DNA of 63,663 bases, counting the filler, from Hyphochytrium catenoides (lineage: Eukaryota; Protista; Hyphochytriomycota), in NCBI GenBank assembly GCA_900088475.1. It is 6 parts of 6 records of this genome, joined end to end, with 100 filler letters (N's around TTAATTAATTAA, not from the genome) between each part and the next. Parts side by side here need not be neighbours in the genome. Positions count along the whole stretch, not along the records: positions 45,989 to 54,676 come from FLMG01000735.1; positions 54,777 to 58,544 come from FLMG01003101.1; positions 58,645 to 63,663 come from FLMG01004029.1; 3 more parts are not named here. One strand, 5' to 3'. The notes below the pieces were generated by a model, which worked only from the letters and a program-made list of their open reading frames with translations, did no database searches and was not told the origin of the DNA. Position numbers and translations under genes: made by a program. Within the stretch, counting starts at the first letter, position 1; the number at the start of each line of letters is the position of its first letter. Positions 48,859-61,918 of the stretch are shown here, one piece after another.

Positions 48859-51800
48859 AGCTTTCTCCTGTCTCTCTCTGTCTCTTTCTCCCCCTTATCC
48901 CCCGTCAGTTACCTCTCCATCCTTGTAGTAAACGCGAGAAGAGGAAGCAATCTTCCCCGGTCCAAAGTGATATTGAACGCGGATGGTTCCTTGCTGAAGA
49001 TTAAAGGTCCGCTTGGCGATGTCCTGGAGAGCAAGAGCACGGAACGTCAGAATGTCTAATCCACCGGTACCGCTTGAAAGAGAGAGAGAAGGAGAAAAGA
49101 GAGAAGGAGAGAGAGAAAGGGCGAGACATAGAGAGGCAGAGNNNNNNNNNNNNNNNNNNNNNNNNNNNNNATAATTTTTTCTAACCTTGTCCGCTTCCTT
49201 ACTGGGGGTTCGAGCAAACTTCTCTGTCATCTTAATGATTGGAAGGTCCCCTAGAGGCGTGTTCGGGAGAAAGAGAGTCTCTCTCCCTTCTCCATCGCCT
49301 CTCTCTCTCGCCACAGTGACTGACTGATAGATAAGCTTGTCTTCCCTTCCCTCATAGAAATACATATACTTTCTTCCTACAAGCTCCACGCGTCGGAAGA
49401 AGCCGTCCGTGCGGGAAGAAGAGTAAAAGTGGAGCTCTTTCTTCTTTCCTGAGATCTCTGTGTACTCCCGCAGGGCTTCAGGCTGAGAAGAGGCAGAGCG
49501 TCTGTTAGAGATGGAGAGGCAGGGGAAGGAGAGAAAAGAGCGAGCTGAACGAGTCGAGAGAGAGAGAGAGAGAGCTGTTCCCAGCAGAGACATTATAACG
49601 AGAGAACATGAAGAATCGCCGTAAGGACTTGTGGAGAGACAGCAAAAGAAGGCCTTGGAGAGAAGAGAGAGCTTTGCTTTTTCTCCCTCTCTTTCTCTCT
49701 CTCTCTCTCTCTCGCTTGCCCTCTTCTCTCACCATTCGTCCGGGAAAAAATTCCTCTGTGACTGAGTGTTCTATGGGAAACCTCCTTCTCTTGTGCAGCT
49801 TGTCCGCCCTTTGAGAATAGACGCAGCGGATCTCAGAGGGAATACTTCTCGCCAGATCCTGAGGAAGAAGGGAAAGGCAGGCGCAAAGAGGAAAGTGAGA
49901 AAAAGAAGGAAGAGAGTCTGCTTCTTTCTTTCCTCTTCCGTAGAAGGGACAAACCTTATATATGGTCAGTCTTGACACCAAGCCTTCAGGATGCAAATAG
50001 TTCCCGAACGTCTCATATTTTGCCTTGCGATAGAGGACAACACGGCCTTGGGACTGAGAAGCACGCAATGTGAATGTCTCCCAGGGAACAACGATCCTCT
50101 CCGCCCAGGAGCGCGGCACGTCAAGAATGTTATCTTGTAAGTCATCGGGCTCGTCCTCCTCTTTCTTCTGCTCAATGAGGGAGACAGAGAAAGAGAGAGA
50201 TGGAAGAGCGGGAAAGAGATATGAAGGAGGGAAGGGAGCAAAAGAAGGAGAACAGGGGAGAGAGAAGTAAGCGACGCCAAGGCACGGCTTGAATGTATCA
50301 AGAGTTCTCAAAGTAGGGTGCTCGGAATTTGATAAGAGAGAGAGGGAGATAGAGGGAGAGGTGCAGGGGTAAGGGACGACAAAAGAGAGAGCACCTACGA
50401 GGATGCGAAGTAAAAGCACTGAAAAGGACACACTCTTATACTCGAAAGAGAGCTTTGAAGAAGGTAGGAAGAGAGAGAAAAAGAGAGAGAGAGAGAGAGA
50501 GAAGCTGGTGTCCCTAGGTCTCTGTTCTACCCCTTTCTCTTCGCTTTCTCCTCCTGTCTTTCCCAGTTCCCACTCCTCATCCCCTCTCTTTCTCCCTTAC
50601 CATCCCATCCTGTCCCGGCCCGTCGAGGGCGGAGAGCTCGGGCTCTTCTCCTTCCTTTCTCTCGGAGGACGAGGCTACAGAGTGTTGAGGCTCGACAAAG
50701 ATAAACTCCCAGAAGTCAGTGTTATGCAGGTCCCAGGAGAGAGAAGAGACAGCGGCTGTGTCACGCATCTGCACCCAGTAGTTATGATTATTCCAGATGC
50801 ACTCGATGGAGAGGTAGGGGCTCTTGTTGACGTCATAGATGACCGCTGCGTCGTGGACGGATTCAGAACTTAGTTGATCCTAATCTCTGAGAGAAGTCTC
50901 TCCTTCTTCTTTCAAGGCTCTCGTCTTTCCTTTTCTGCTTCCCTCTCCCTCTCCCTCTCTCTTCTCTCTTTCTCTCCCCCACAAAGAAATTGCTCTTAGG
51001 GACCTTCATATGATCACCCTAACCTGCCCCAATGTCCTCGAAGGCACTGAAGCACGATCTGTCCTCTTCACTGTCGCTCTATCTCTTCTTCCGGGCATTC
51101 GTTAATCGCGCTCTCTCTACTCCTCTCTCTCTGTTTGCCTCTCGGTCTGTGTGTCTCTCTCTCTTTCTCCCTCCCCTTGCCTCTTGTGCAGCTCTTTGCT
51201 CTGCCCCTGCTCCATTGACACGCATGCGGACTAGTACACAGCTTCGTCTTTGTCTCTTCATCTCCTCTCTCTCCTCTACCCCGTTTTCTCTCTCGGCCTC
51301 TTCTCGCTGTTTTCCCTTTCCAAGGTCCAAGGATCACCTGCCGTTCTCTCTCCCACTCATTCTTCCCTCAGCCTCTCTTTCTCACCTGTGGTGGGCTCAA
51401 TAAAGAACTGTTTCTGGACGTTTCTCTTTCCTGCTCGAACATAGACCCAAGCGTGCACTCTGCTTCCCTGCAGAGGGTCAGCGGAGTGCATCTTCGGCGT
51501 CTCTCCATCGATGATCAGAGTTTCCTCTTCTCTCTCGAGCAGTGAGGCCTGGTGCTAAGCCCAATATGAAGCCGTCGTGAGATAAGAGAAAGCGAGAAAG
51601 AAGGGAAAGTTTTATACTAAATTGAGAGCTAGATAGGTCGAGGTGGAAGAAGTGAAAAGAGAGAAAGAGAGAGAGAGAAAAGAGAGAGAGAGAAAACTGG
51701 AGACTATTGTATAGCCAATGACAAAGAAAAGAAGAGATTCATCGCGAGAAAGATACGTAGTCGGAGAGGAAGAGAGAGGCGGAGAAAAGATTGAGGAAAG

Positions 51801-52515
51801 GGAAAAATAGAGAAAGAGAAGGAGAGCGAGAAACAGCGGTGAAGATGAAAGAGAGAGAGAGAGAGAGACCGAACGGAACAAGGAGAGACCAAAAATGAAA
51901 GAAAAAGAGAGATGATGAGAAAGAGAATATGCTGCAGCTTCTACCGAAGGGAGAGAACAAAGACAAACAACAAAAGAGAAACATACATAAAGATCGGACT
52001 AACCTCTGCATCTTCCTTCCTCTTGGACTCCTGCTCTAAGAATGAACTCTTTCCTGTCGGTTGCAGCTGCCGGTGATAGACCCTCTCTCTCCCTTTCTCT
52101 CCGTCTTTAGCAGGAGTAGCATTCTNNNNNNNNNNNNNNNNNNNNNNNNNNNNNNNNNNNNNNNNNNNNNNNNNNNTCGCATCCACTTTCTCCTCACCTT
52201 CTCCTCCAAGAAAGGGCATACAGCGTCACTCTGGTCCCTCAAACAGACATCTCTTGGCGCGGTCCCGACCACTACGTACGCATCGTATCCTGCTCCTAGA
52301 GAGAGAGAAAAAAAGAGAGAAAGGAAAGAAAGAGAGAAAGAAAGACAGAGAGCGAGAGAGAGAACAAACGAGGAAGTGCATTAAACAACGAAAGCTGATT
52401 GTCTGCCTCTCGCTGGCCTTCTTTCTTCTTCCGTCAGTGCTCCCTCTTATCATGCAACTATGTACCGTGTGCCCTCTCTCTCTCGTTACATTTCTTCTCT
52501 CAGATTTCCTTTGTC

Positions 52516-52547
<32 letters not shown>

Positions 52548-52981
52548 NNNNNNNNNNNNNNNNNNNNNNNNNNNNNNNNNNNNNNCTGCCCAGGAGACGG
52601 AAGAAAGGATGGCGGCGCGGTCGGAGGAGAGAGAGGCTCAAAGTCTAAGCGTTCTGCTAAGAACTTTGCGCACTCTTCCGCCTCATAAACAGACTTGAAG
52701 GGAAGGAGAGACGGTCGCACGGTGGTGCAGACAAACTTCCTGACTCCAGCTTCATTCTTAGGGAAGAGAAAGAGCTCTTTTCTCTTTGGATAGAGTCGAG
52801 AGAACTCTCGGTTAAAGTTCTTGACGAACTCCTCGCAGATCTGTTCCTTGTTGCTGTTCTTTCTGTAGGAATCGGGGAGAGACTTGAGGTTGAGAGAGCG
52901 GATTCTCTCTTCCTTGGTGTTTCTCTCTCCCTCCACCGTGATGACCAGCTCAGGCCGAGAGAGCTCCTCTTCTTGAGACAT
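46452..52981 (-). CDS. DRC7: Dynein regulatory complex subunit 7 (CCDC135), multi-exon, with internal N gaps
   Basis: N-terminal LPDSYRKNSNKE...NF...YPKRKELFLFPKNEAGVRKFVCTTVRP and GAGYDAYVVVGTAP; HAWV; LDVPRSW; C-terminal DYLTPFL...CLRALKERLVERANIIQARL...FCSEAMFRIQILEQRLSRHE...DPRI. Confidence 0.92.
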
Positions 52982-55264
52982 CTCTCTCTCTCCCTCTCTC
53001 TCTCTCTCTCTCCTTGCTTCCTGCCAATGCCCTGGAGTCTCTCTTTCGTCTTCTTCTCTCTTTCTTTGGGACGCTTTCTGTCTGAGATTGAGCTTGGCTG
53101 AGCTCAAAGATAGAGCGGAGACTGGCTATCTTCGCCGATAGAGAGAGCCGATAACAGTAGGAAAGAAGATAGATGAAGTCCGCAGAGAGAGAGAGAGAAA
53201 CGAAAGAAAGAAGCAGCCTCCTCAGATAAGTAGATTAAGAAACACACAGTGAGAGAAAGAGAGTGAGAGAGAGAGAAGAGTACTTCGAGGAGAAGAGAAC
53301 TAAGCCTTCCTAGGACTGAAACATTCGGCTGAGGAAGGCAGACAATGGGATGCAGAGAAGAGTAGTGAGCAAGGGGAGTCCATGACAAAGTAAAAAGGGA
53401 GAGATGCGGCCGGAGTGGGGAAGAGAGAAGAGAAAGAGAGAAAGGGCACTAGAGAAGAAAGAAAGAGAAAGAGAGTGATCGAGAGAGGAGAGGAGAGAGA
53501 GAAGGGGGAAGAGAGAGAGAGAGAGCGAGAGCGAGAGCGAGAGCGAGAGCGAGAGCGAGNNNNNNNNNNNNNNNNNNNNNNNNNNNNNNNNNNNNNNNGA
53601 GAGAGAGAGAAAGAGAGGGGGGGGAAGAGGAGAGAGGAAAAAAAGAGAGAGAGAGAACGAGAGAGAAAAGGAGAGAGAAACAGAGGGCTGAGGCTTTAAG
53701 TAGGCCTCTAAATTCCTATTTAAGATACTTAAAGGGCTTGGGGCCGTTACTGAAGCTCATATGAGTCTCTGGGGATTCCCTATTATTACAAATGCTCTAG
53801 GGCAAAAGCTATATGAATTGAGTGTAAACGTGCAGTATTACTACTTTGCTTGAAGGGGAGCTGGCGGCCAAGCGAAGGAAAGCGAGAGAGAGAGAAAGAC
53901 AAAGAGAGGGAGAGAGAGAGAGAGAGAGANNNNNNNNNNNNNNNNNNNNNNNNNNAGAGAGAGAGAGAGAGAGAGAGAGGGAGAAAGAGAAGAGATTTAT
54001 TAGTCAAAAGAGACAGTGAGAAAGGAGAGACAGAGAAGGGAGAGAGAAGAGGGAAAAGGAAAAAGGAGAGAGTATAGGAGATGGATAGGCAGGAGGCAGA
54101 GAAGGAGAAAGGAAAAGAGAGGAACGAGACAAAAGAGAGGCTGAGAGACAGGGAAAGAGATATGGAAAAGCAAAACGAAGGAAGAGAGAGAGGAACGAAG
54201 TAGGAACTTAATAACCTACCAAGGATAGCAGGCATCGCGGTGGAGGAGGAGAAGTAAATAGCGAAGAGAGAGACGACAGCTTCACAAAGAGAGCGCGAAG
54301 AAAGGTTGAAAGAGAGAGCGAGAAGTAAGAGAGAGAAAGTAGAAGGGGGGAGCGCAGGGAATGAAGGAGTGGACAGACAGCGTTCAGGGGAGATGAGGGC
54401 CATTGGCTTGTGCCTCCCTCTTTAGCTTACATAGTCGGATAACTCTAGAGCGGGCAGAGCTGCTTCACGGAGATCAAGCTGTCTCTTTCTAGGCAAGAAG
54501 CTTCAGAAAGAACCGTCAGCCATTTGTCTCTCTCTCTTTGCTCTTTTCTCTCTCTCTCTGGGTGTACCCTAACCAAGTCTGCTCCTAATTTATAGACCGA
54601 GGGAGAGAAGGCTTTCTCTGTTCTCCCTCTCTCTCTTTGTCTCTTTCTCTCTGCTATGGAGGACCCTCACAATGAGNNNNNNNNNNNNNNNNNNNNNNNN
54701 NNNNNNNNNNNNNNNNNNNNTTAATTAATTAANNNNNNNNNNNNNNNNNNNNNNNNNNNNNNNNNNNNNNNNNNNNCGCCAAGTGAGTCTCACTTCGCTG
54801 TTATCCCTTTCGAAACCCTTGTTGCCCCTCTCTCTCTCCCCATCATTGCTAGGATACGTTCGTACTCCAGGCAACGCGAGACCGCGTTCGGACTCTCATC
54901 TGACTCGCTCTTCCGCACTCTTCTGTCTCTCTCTCTCTCTCTGTCGGTTTCCTCGGCGGGCTCTATTCGGCGTCCCTGTCTGCCTACCCCTGACGTGCTG
55001 TCCTGCTCCTGAAACTTCTAAACTCTCTCGATCGCAACTCTTCCGCACCCACATCTAACGCTCAATCCCTATTTCCCTCTACTTGGTACGTCACTCCCCA
55101 TCCTGCCGTAGTCCCCGCTCACCATTCTTCGCTCTATCTTCCTCGTGTGTTCGGGGGTGAGAGATTGAAGGAAGCCCAGTTCTCTTCCATGTTGAGTTGT
55201 CACTTAACCTTTTGTCTTCGTCGGACTGCCTCTATCCTCTTTCAAATTTGATCTATAGTTCGAA

Positions 55265-57520
55265 ATGGATAGTCCTCTTAAGCGTACCTACGATGGTACT
55301 GGAAGTGATGGTCTCAAGCGCCAGAGAGGCCCTGAGGCCGCCCCTTCAAAGGTACAAATATATATATCGAATATCCCTCTTCATCGCGTCGGCGCTTTCT
55401 GCCTTTGGTTCGACGAAGCTATATTCAGATCTCTGTCAGCTTCGGCCGATGTCTGCTCTTCAGACTGTTTGACTCTTCATCGGCTCCAATCTTCCAGGTT
55501 CTTCTTTGCAGAAACCTGCCCCTGGACGTGACGGATGCAGAGTTTCTTCCTCTCTTCTACCCCTTCGGACCTGTTGTCCAGCATCTGTCTATCAAGAATA
55601 AGGGTCAAGCTTTCGTGCAGCTTGGGGACGTGAACACTGCCGTCAATGTCGTCAATTATTACACAGCTGCCCCGGTACAGATTAGAGGTAACCTGCTGTC
55701 CTTATGTCTTTCTTACATCTTGAACGTTCACAGCTGGGCTGTTTATCTCCTTGGTGACCTCCTCTGTGAATTCCCTCTTACTTCATAGCGTATATCACTC
55801 TAGCTTTGACTTTTGACACACTTTGCCACCCCAGCTCTCCCTGGATGCCCATAGATCTCACATTTCTTTCCGCATAGGGCGCACAATTTTCATTGGCTAT
55901 AGCAACCGCCAGGAGATTGAGACCCGTGACCAGGCTCCTGGATCGGGCATGGACACCAACAGCGAGCCTAGCAACGTCCTTGTCGTCACGATCACCAATC
56001 TGGTTTACCCTGTGAACGTGGATGTACTCTATCAGGTCTTTTCTAAGTTCGGCCGCATCATGAAGATCATTTGCTTCATGAAGAACGACCAACAGAAAGC
56101 GCTGGTGCAGATGGAGAGTGTTGCTATTGCAACCATCGCAAAGGCGTCTCTGGATGGCCAGAACATCTACACGGGTTGCAACACGCTTCAGATTGGTTTC
56201 TCAAGGATGACGGATCTGCATGTGAAGTTCAACAACGATAAGTCTCGCGACTTTACCAATCCGTCACTACCTACCGATGGAGGACAGAGCGCGTATGGAC
56301 AGCCTACTGCTCCCGGTCTTTTACAAGGTGAGATTGACGATTCACGAGCAATGATACGCGGAAGGGCTGTCTGAGAACCAAAAAAAGCAATGGGAGTTTT
56401 AAAAAGAGAGCGGGCGACTAAGACTTAGACCAAAGTGAAGGGGCATGCAGCATGTTGATCCTTAGGATATAGCTAGGATAGCGGGGTCAGAGATGCTACT
56501 GGTTTCCGCAACCTCAGACTCACCACAGCAGGTGTACCAGGTATGCAAGGAGGTCATGAGGCCTATTACCAAGCAGCATCAGGAGCTTATGGTGCTGGAG
56601 CCATGGGCATGGCCATGGGGCAGGCTGCAGGAGGCCTTTCTCCTGTTGTTATTGCTTCCGGTATCCCTGCCAACAAGCTTACGCCGGACTCGCTCTTCAC
56701 TCTTTTTGGTGTTTACGGAGACGTTGTCAGAGTTAAGATTCTCTTCAATAAGACGGACACTGCTCTCATCCAGTTCAATGACGCCAACCAGGCTGGAATG
56801 GCTATTCAGCATCTTAATGGCTTGAAGCTTGGCGAGGACACACTCAAGGTAAACAGGAGTAAGCACACCTCTGTCGCACCTCCCCGCGCCCCTGTGGATG
56901 GCCAGCCTGCTTCGGAGAACACGAAGGACTATACCGGCCATGTGCTCCATCGCTTCCGTAAGGCTGATGGGAAGAACTCCAGAAACATTGCGCCTCCTGG
57001 AACTGTTCTGCACGTCTCAGGTGAGACATCCTCCCAACAAACTATTTTGCTTCAGAAACCCTGCAGTCCTACTTATTCTAGGATTATCTTGGTTTTCTGT
57101 TCCCTCTTGGTCGTCCTAGTCTTGAGAAATGACTATGTATGACGTGATATTGGGCCCTGACTCTCTTGGGACGCAGGTATTGCTGAGGATGCGGGTATTG
57201 ATGACCAGGCCATCATCTCTCTCTTCATGCCTTATGGCAACGTTGTGAACTTCAAGTTCTTCGATAACAACAAGAAGATGGCACTGGTGGAGATGGATAG
57301 TATTGAGAGCGCTGTAGACGCGATCCTTGGCATTGACAACTATATGCTGGCGGGCAGGCACATTAGAGTCCAGTTCAGTAAGAGCACCATCAATCTGCCT
57401 CCTCTGGCACAGAGAGGCATGGGAGAAGGAATGCCAAGTGGAGAGGCGGAGTATCAAGATCAGAGTATGGGAAGAGATGACGAGATTGGCCATCAGCAGG
57501 ACCCCACGGAGGAAGATTAG
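55265..57520 (+). CDS. Polypyrimidine tract-binding protein / hnRNP-L family, 4 RRMs
   Basis: Exons 55265-55351, 55498-55687, 55878-56327, 56532-57020, 57177-57520. Motifs PSKVL.CRNLP, NLVYPVNVDVLYQVFSKFG, LDGQNIYTGCNTLQIGFS, VKFNNDKSRDFT, LFTLFGVYGDVVRVKILFNK, NIAPPGTVLHVS and VQFSKSTI. Confidence 0.93.
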
Positions 57521-58328
57521 GAGCCTCTTGCTAGTTTCTCTTCTTCAGTGGAGGGACCTTAGCAGTGGAAGGTAGCATGAGCAGAGGAGAGACTCCAAAG
57601 TAGTACTTCTTCTTCTATTTCTCGATAGTCTTTCTTCCTTTCCTTCTAAGCTTTATAATTACGTACGTTCTTCATCAATCCACATCCACGGAAACTATTG
57701 CCTTGATCAGTGTTGCTCTACAATATTGCTCTACAATAGAAGACTCTACTTTGCACTGTGAATGACTCAAAAGCATATCTCTGAGGTCTGCATATTCATG
57801 AAGTCTGTCACCTACAGAGCCACGGTCTCCATGGACGGATCTTGATCATCAATTTATCCTTTATCTGTTTCATAAGCGAACCAGAGTTAGACCTCTTAAC
57901 ATTTTGCTAGCCTTTCTCCGTATGTGGAGGTCTTCATTCTTGTCCTTCTTGCACATCCCCTGACTCTGTTGCCAAATTTCCGAGTGGTATAGTTAACAAT
58001 AATAGGTCAACAAGCTGAGACTGTTTATTCATTGACGATCCTTTGTGCTTAGACTGGAGCCAATAGGAGGGAGCAAGCGAGCGCCCCTTCTGACCGCTAC
58101 TTTCTGACTCAAAAAACGTCAACTACCGCCATGTTAAGAGAACGGACGAAGTAGAAAAAAGCATAAGGCTTGAGAAGGTAAGAGGAGAAAAACGCAGGAG
58201 CAAGAGCAGAAGCGAAGAGCTAAAAAGTGAAGGGTCGTGAAGCCAGACTTAGCTCTGCTAATCAACTAAAGAAGAGAAACGTAAACCTAACAGCAAGCTA
58301 TAACCTAACATCTGGAGTTGGCTGCGCC

Positions 58329-58544
58329 TTAGCTCGAGAAACCACCTCCTTTGCCTACTAGAGGGGCTCGTGTCCCAGCCTCTCGTAAGGCCACGCCTGT
58401 CAGCTGCCGATACTCTCTCGCTAACGAGATCAGCCGCTCGACCTCTCTCCCTATTTCCTTCCTGTTTTCTCCCTTTTGCTTCATGCCTCTAATCCGGTCT
58501 GCTATGCGACTGATCTGCTCTTTCAATTCTACCGCCCGCTGAGG
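58329..58544 (-). CDS. C-terminal gene fragment with a WHEP-TRS-like helix-turn-helix domain
   Basis: LKEQISRIADRIRGMKQKGENRKEIGREVERLISLAREYRQLTG matches the WHEP pattern (..VR.LK..K....I...V..L..LK.EYK.LTG). The 5' end runs into a gap. Confidence 0.6.
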   Translation of the reverse strand, partial: PQRAVELKEQISRIADRIRGMKQKGENRKEIGREVERLISLAREYRQLTGVALREAGTRAPLVGKGGGFSS

Positions 58545-58644
58545 NNNNNNNNNNNNNNNNNNNNNNNNNNNNNNNNNNNNNNNNNNNNTTAATTAATTAA
58601 NNNNNNNNNNNNNNNNNNNNNNNNNNNNNNNNNNNNNNNNNNNN

Positions 58645-58810
58645 ATGTTGTCAATGGCGAGGTAGGTGTGCTGCAGCATCTGACAATCGAACGGCGTTGA
58701 GCCCGTGTTCTCAGCGCTTAGAACAGTGTGAAGCCGATCCTCTGCAGTAGTGTAGGGCAGGAGAGGCCAAAGAAGGATGGTGTCGTCAAGAGTGAGGGGA
58801 CAAAGAGAGG

Positions 58811-58841
<31 letters not shown>

Positions 58842-58842
58842 T

Positions 58843-58893
<51 letters not shown>

Positions 58894-59007
58894 AGAAAGA
58901 GAGAGAGGAGAGAGAGAAGACGGACGGGATGGAGAAGAGTAGCAAGACAGAAAACGCTGCTACAAAAGGAACCGGGAAGAGGTGGGCATCGCTACCGCTC
59001 TTATCTC

Positions 59008-59045
<38 letters not shown>

Positions 59046-59975
59046 TACTCTTTGTGCCCTTCCCATTCACTTTTTCGCTTACCCTCAAGGCGGACAGTGA
59101 GCCGCAAGGAGAAGACATGCGGCCAAACTTTTAGAGTAACCTCAGAGCTTCGCAGGACTAAGGTCGCGACAGCTCCTGAAGAGCTGGTCGAAGACTCTTC
59201 CACTTCCCACCTAGGAAAGAGAAAACGAGGGTGAAGGGGGGCCGGAAGAGAGGGAGAGAGAGAGAGAGAGAGAAAGCAGGAGAATGTTTGTGTTAAGGGA
59301 GGCACAGAGGGAGATGGAGGGAGAGACAGAAAGAAGACCAGTGACTGACAAAAAGGAAATGGTTGAGAGAGGATGGGCAAAAGAGACCAGAAAAAAAGGT
59401 GAAATGGGCACGAGCAAGATTATTTAGCCAGCAGGGAGAGAGACATAAAAAGAGAAGAGAGCAGTGAACAGAGAGGAGGGAAAAGGCGGAAGGAGGGATG
59501 GAATCCAAGCAGAATGAAAACAGTGTGAGGCAAGTACGAGAGGTACAACGAGATAGCCAGAAAGAGGAAGTGAGCCACAGAAAGATGGATGACAAAGAGA
59601 AGACGGAAAAGAGACACACACACACACACACAGAGAAAGAGAGAGAGAGAGAGAGGGAGAGAGAGCGAGGATGCCACACATGCTGTTTCTTGCAAACCCA
59701 TGCTGAGGAAGAGGGCCAGGTCCAAACTGGGGGAAGACGAGAGGAATTCCTCCTCTAATGGCCTTCTTTCCATCGAGGATTGCCTTGCTGGAGACGCGGA
59801 GGATCTCTCTCCCCTTTTTCGTTGTGAAAGAGAGGAGAGTGGCCCCGAAGAGAGAGAGAGAAGCGCAGGCGCCGCTGGGATGAGAAAGAGAGAGGAGCGC
59901 GAGGCCGCTGGAGTGAGTGAGTGAGTTGACCTCCGGCTCAGGAGGGAGTCGTCTGCCTGAACCGTGTGGGTCCAT
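58645..59975 (-). CDS. D-hexose-6-phosphate mutarotase / glucose-6-phosphate 1-epimerase (aldose 1-epimerase family); 3' end lost in the gap
   Basis: FGATLLSF, SSKAILDGKKAIRGGIPLVFPQFG, QHGFARNS / W / WPHVF / ENTG..PF...LQHTY, across three exons. Confidence 0.9.
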
Positions 59976-60100
59976 TATCGTTTCTCGTTTTCTCTCTCTC
60001 TCTTCTCTAGCCGCCCTGTCAGTAGACGGAATGTTGCAGAATGATGAGAACCCAGGACTATAGTTCCTGCCTTTCTCCTGCCAAAACTCAGCGTGCCCAT

Positions 60101-60159
<59 letters not shown>

Positions 60160-60968
60160 CACCTCTTCTTTCTCTCTTTTCTCCATTTCTCTCTCCCGCT
60201 GCTAGAAGTGCACATTGGCTGACTGAAGAAAGAACACGGCTGTGTTGATGTGAAGGACAAAAGAAAGAAACTCTGGGGGAGAGAGAGAGAGAGAGAGAGA
60301 CAGGAGCAATGAGACAGAGTGAGGGTAAGAAAGGGGAGCAAAAGGGAGAGAGAGAGAGAGCCAGAGAAAATCGGATCCTTCTCGTTAACGGCTCTGCATC
60401 AGAATCCTTTCCCAATGGCCGTTACTCATCATACACTATTATTATTATTGCATCTGAAATATAAAGTGCATGAATTTAACTCAGACGCCACGAGAATAGT
60501 GCTTCAGGTATAGAGGGATACACGGCTGCGTCACGAAAGTTAGATATACTGGCCTAAAGTAAGACGTACATGCCAAAAGCGTAAGGCCGACATCAACAGG
60601 GAGAGAGAGAGAGAGAGAGAAAACGAGAGAGAGAGAGAGAAAACGAGAGAGAGAGAGAGAAAAAGAGAGGGAGAGAGAGAGTCACGGACAACGAGAGAGA
60701 AGAGATACATTTTCCACTGGAGGTGAGACAGAAAGGAGAAAGACTCGTTGACGGAGGGCTGTTGAAGACGAAGCTCTAAAGTGGCTGGGCATATACATTA
60801 CTTTTTTCTAAGGAGGAAGCATTTTGGGCGCTTAGCATTCAGAGTCGAAGCTAGAGACAGAGAGAGGCAAAGAGGGAGAGCGAGAGAGAGAGCGAGAGAG
60901 AGAGCGAGAGAGAGCGAGAGAGAGAGAGAGAGAGAGNNNNNNNNNNNNNNNNNNNNNNNNNNNNNNNN

Positions 60969-61617
60969 TGAGAGAGCAAGCTCATAGTCAACCATGGTAA
61001 AGCTGTCAGTTCCCTTGCCTAGCTCCCTTCTTTCTCTCTCCCGGTATCCTCTTCTCTTGTACAGTCTGACCGCACTCTCCATAGCACTCAAAGTACTGAG
61101 GACAATCCGCTTGTACCCACAAAGAGAAGAGAACTCTTCCACTGTCCGACAGAGAAATTCACCGATGCCTTGCCCTTGGAAGCGAGGAGAGACAGCCATT
61201 CGACAGAGCTCTACCTCTTCTCCATCTAACCTCTCTCTTGCCGCTATACAGCCTTCTCGTTCATGAGAGAGAGAGAGAGAGAGAGACAGAGAGAGAGTTA
61301 GTAAAGATTTTAAGGAAATTCATGAAAGAGCATCAAAGGTGATCAGCAAGGGTTGATCTAAGGTGAGTCGTGAAGGAAGATAAGCCAACAAAGCAGAGAA
61401 TGCGAAAGAGATATGCTGTTCCAAGGTTTATTGGGAAGTTCGGAAAAAGGAGCACAGGAGAGCAGATGGGAAGAGAGAGGGAAGAGAGAGAGACAGAGAA
61501 AGGGGAGGAGGCAGAGAAAGAGAGAGACCGAATATTGACGGGAGCTAAGCGAGAAAAGAGGGATAAACGTAGAGCAAATAAGGGAAAAGGATCGAGAAAG
61601 AGAGAGAAAGAGCGAGC

Positions 61618-61656
<39 letters not shown>

Positions 61657-61873
61657 GCGAGGACATTGAAGTACAGCAATTGTGAAAGGGCAAGTTGGAG
61701 CCCATAACGGAAGGAGGTCGAATAAAGAGGGAACAAGAGTCTATCACCTATCACTTCTCCATCCAGCTCAAGCACCCAGAAGCAGCTCCCTCTCTTCGCC
61801 AAGTAGAGCCTAAATGTCACGGAGAGACAATGAGGAAATGATGGTTAGCGAGAAGATGGCTTCTGGATGGAAA

Positions 61874-61918
<45 letters not shown>

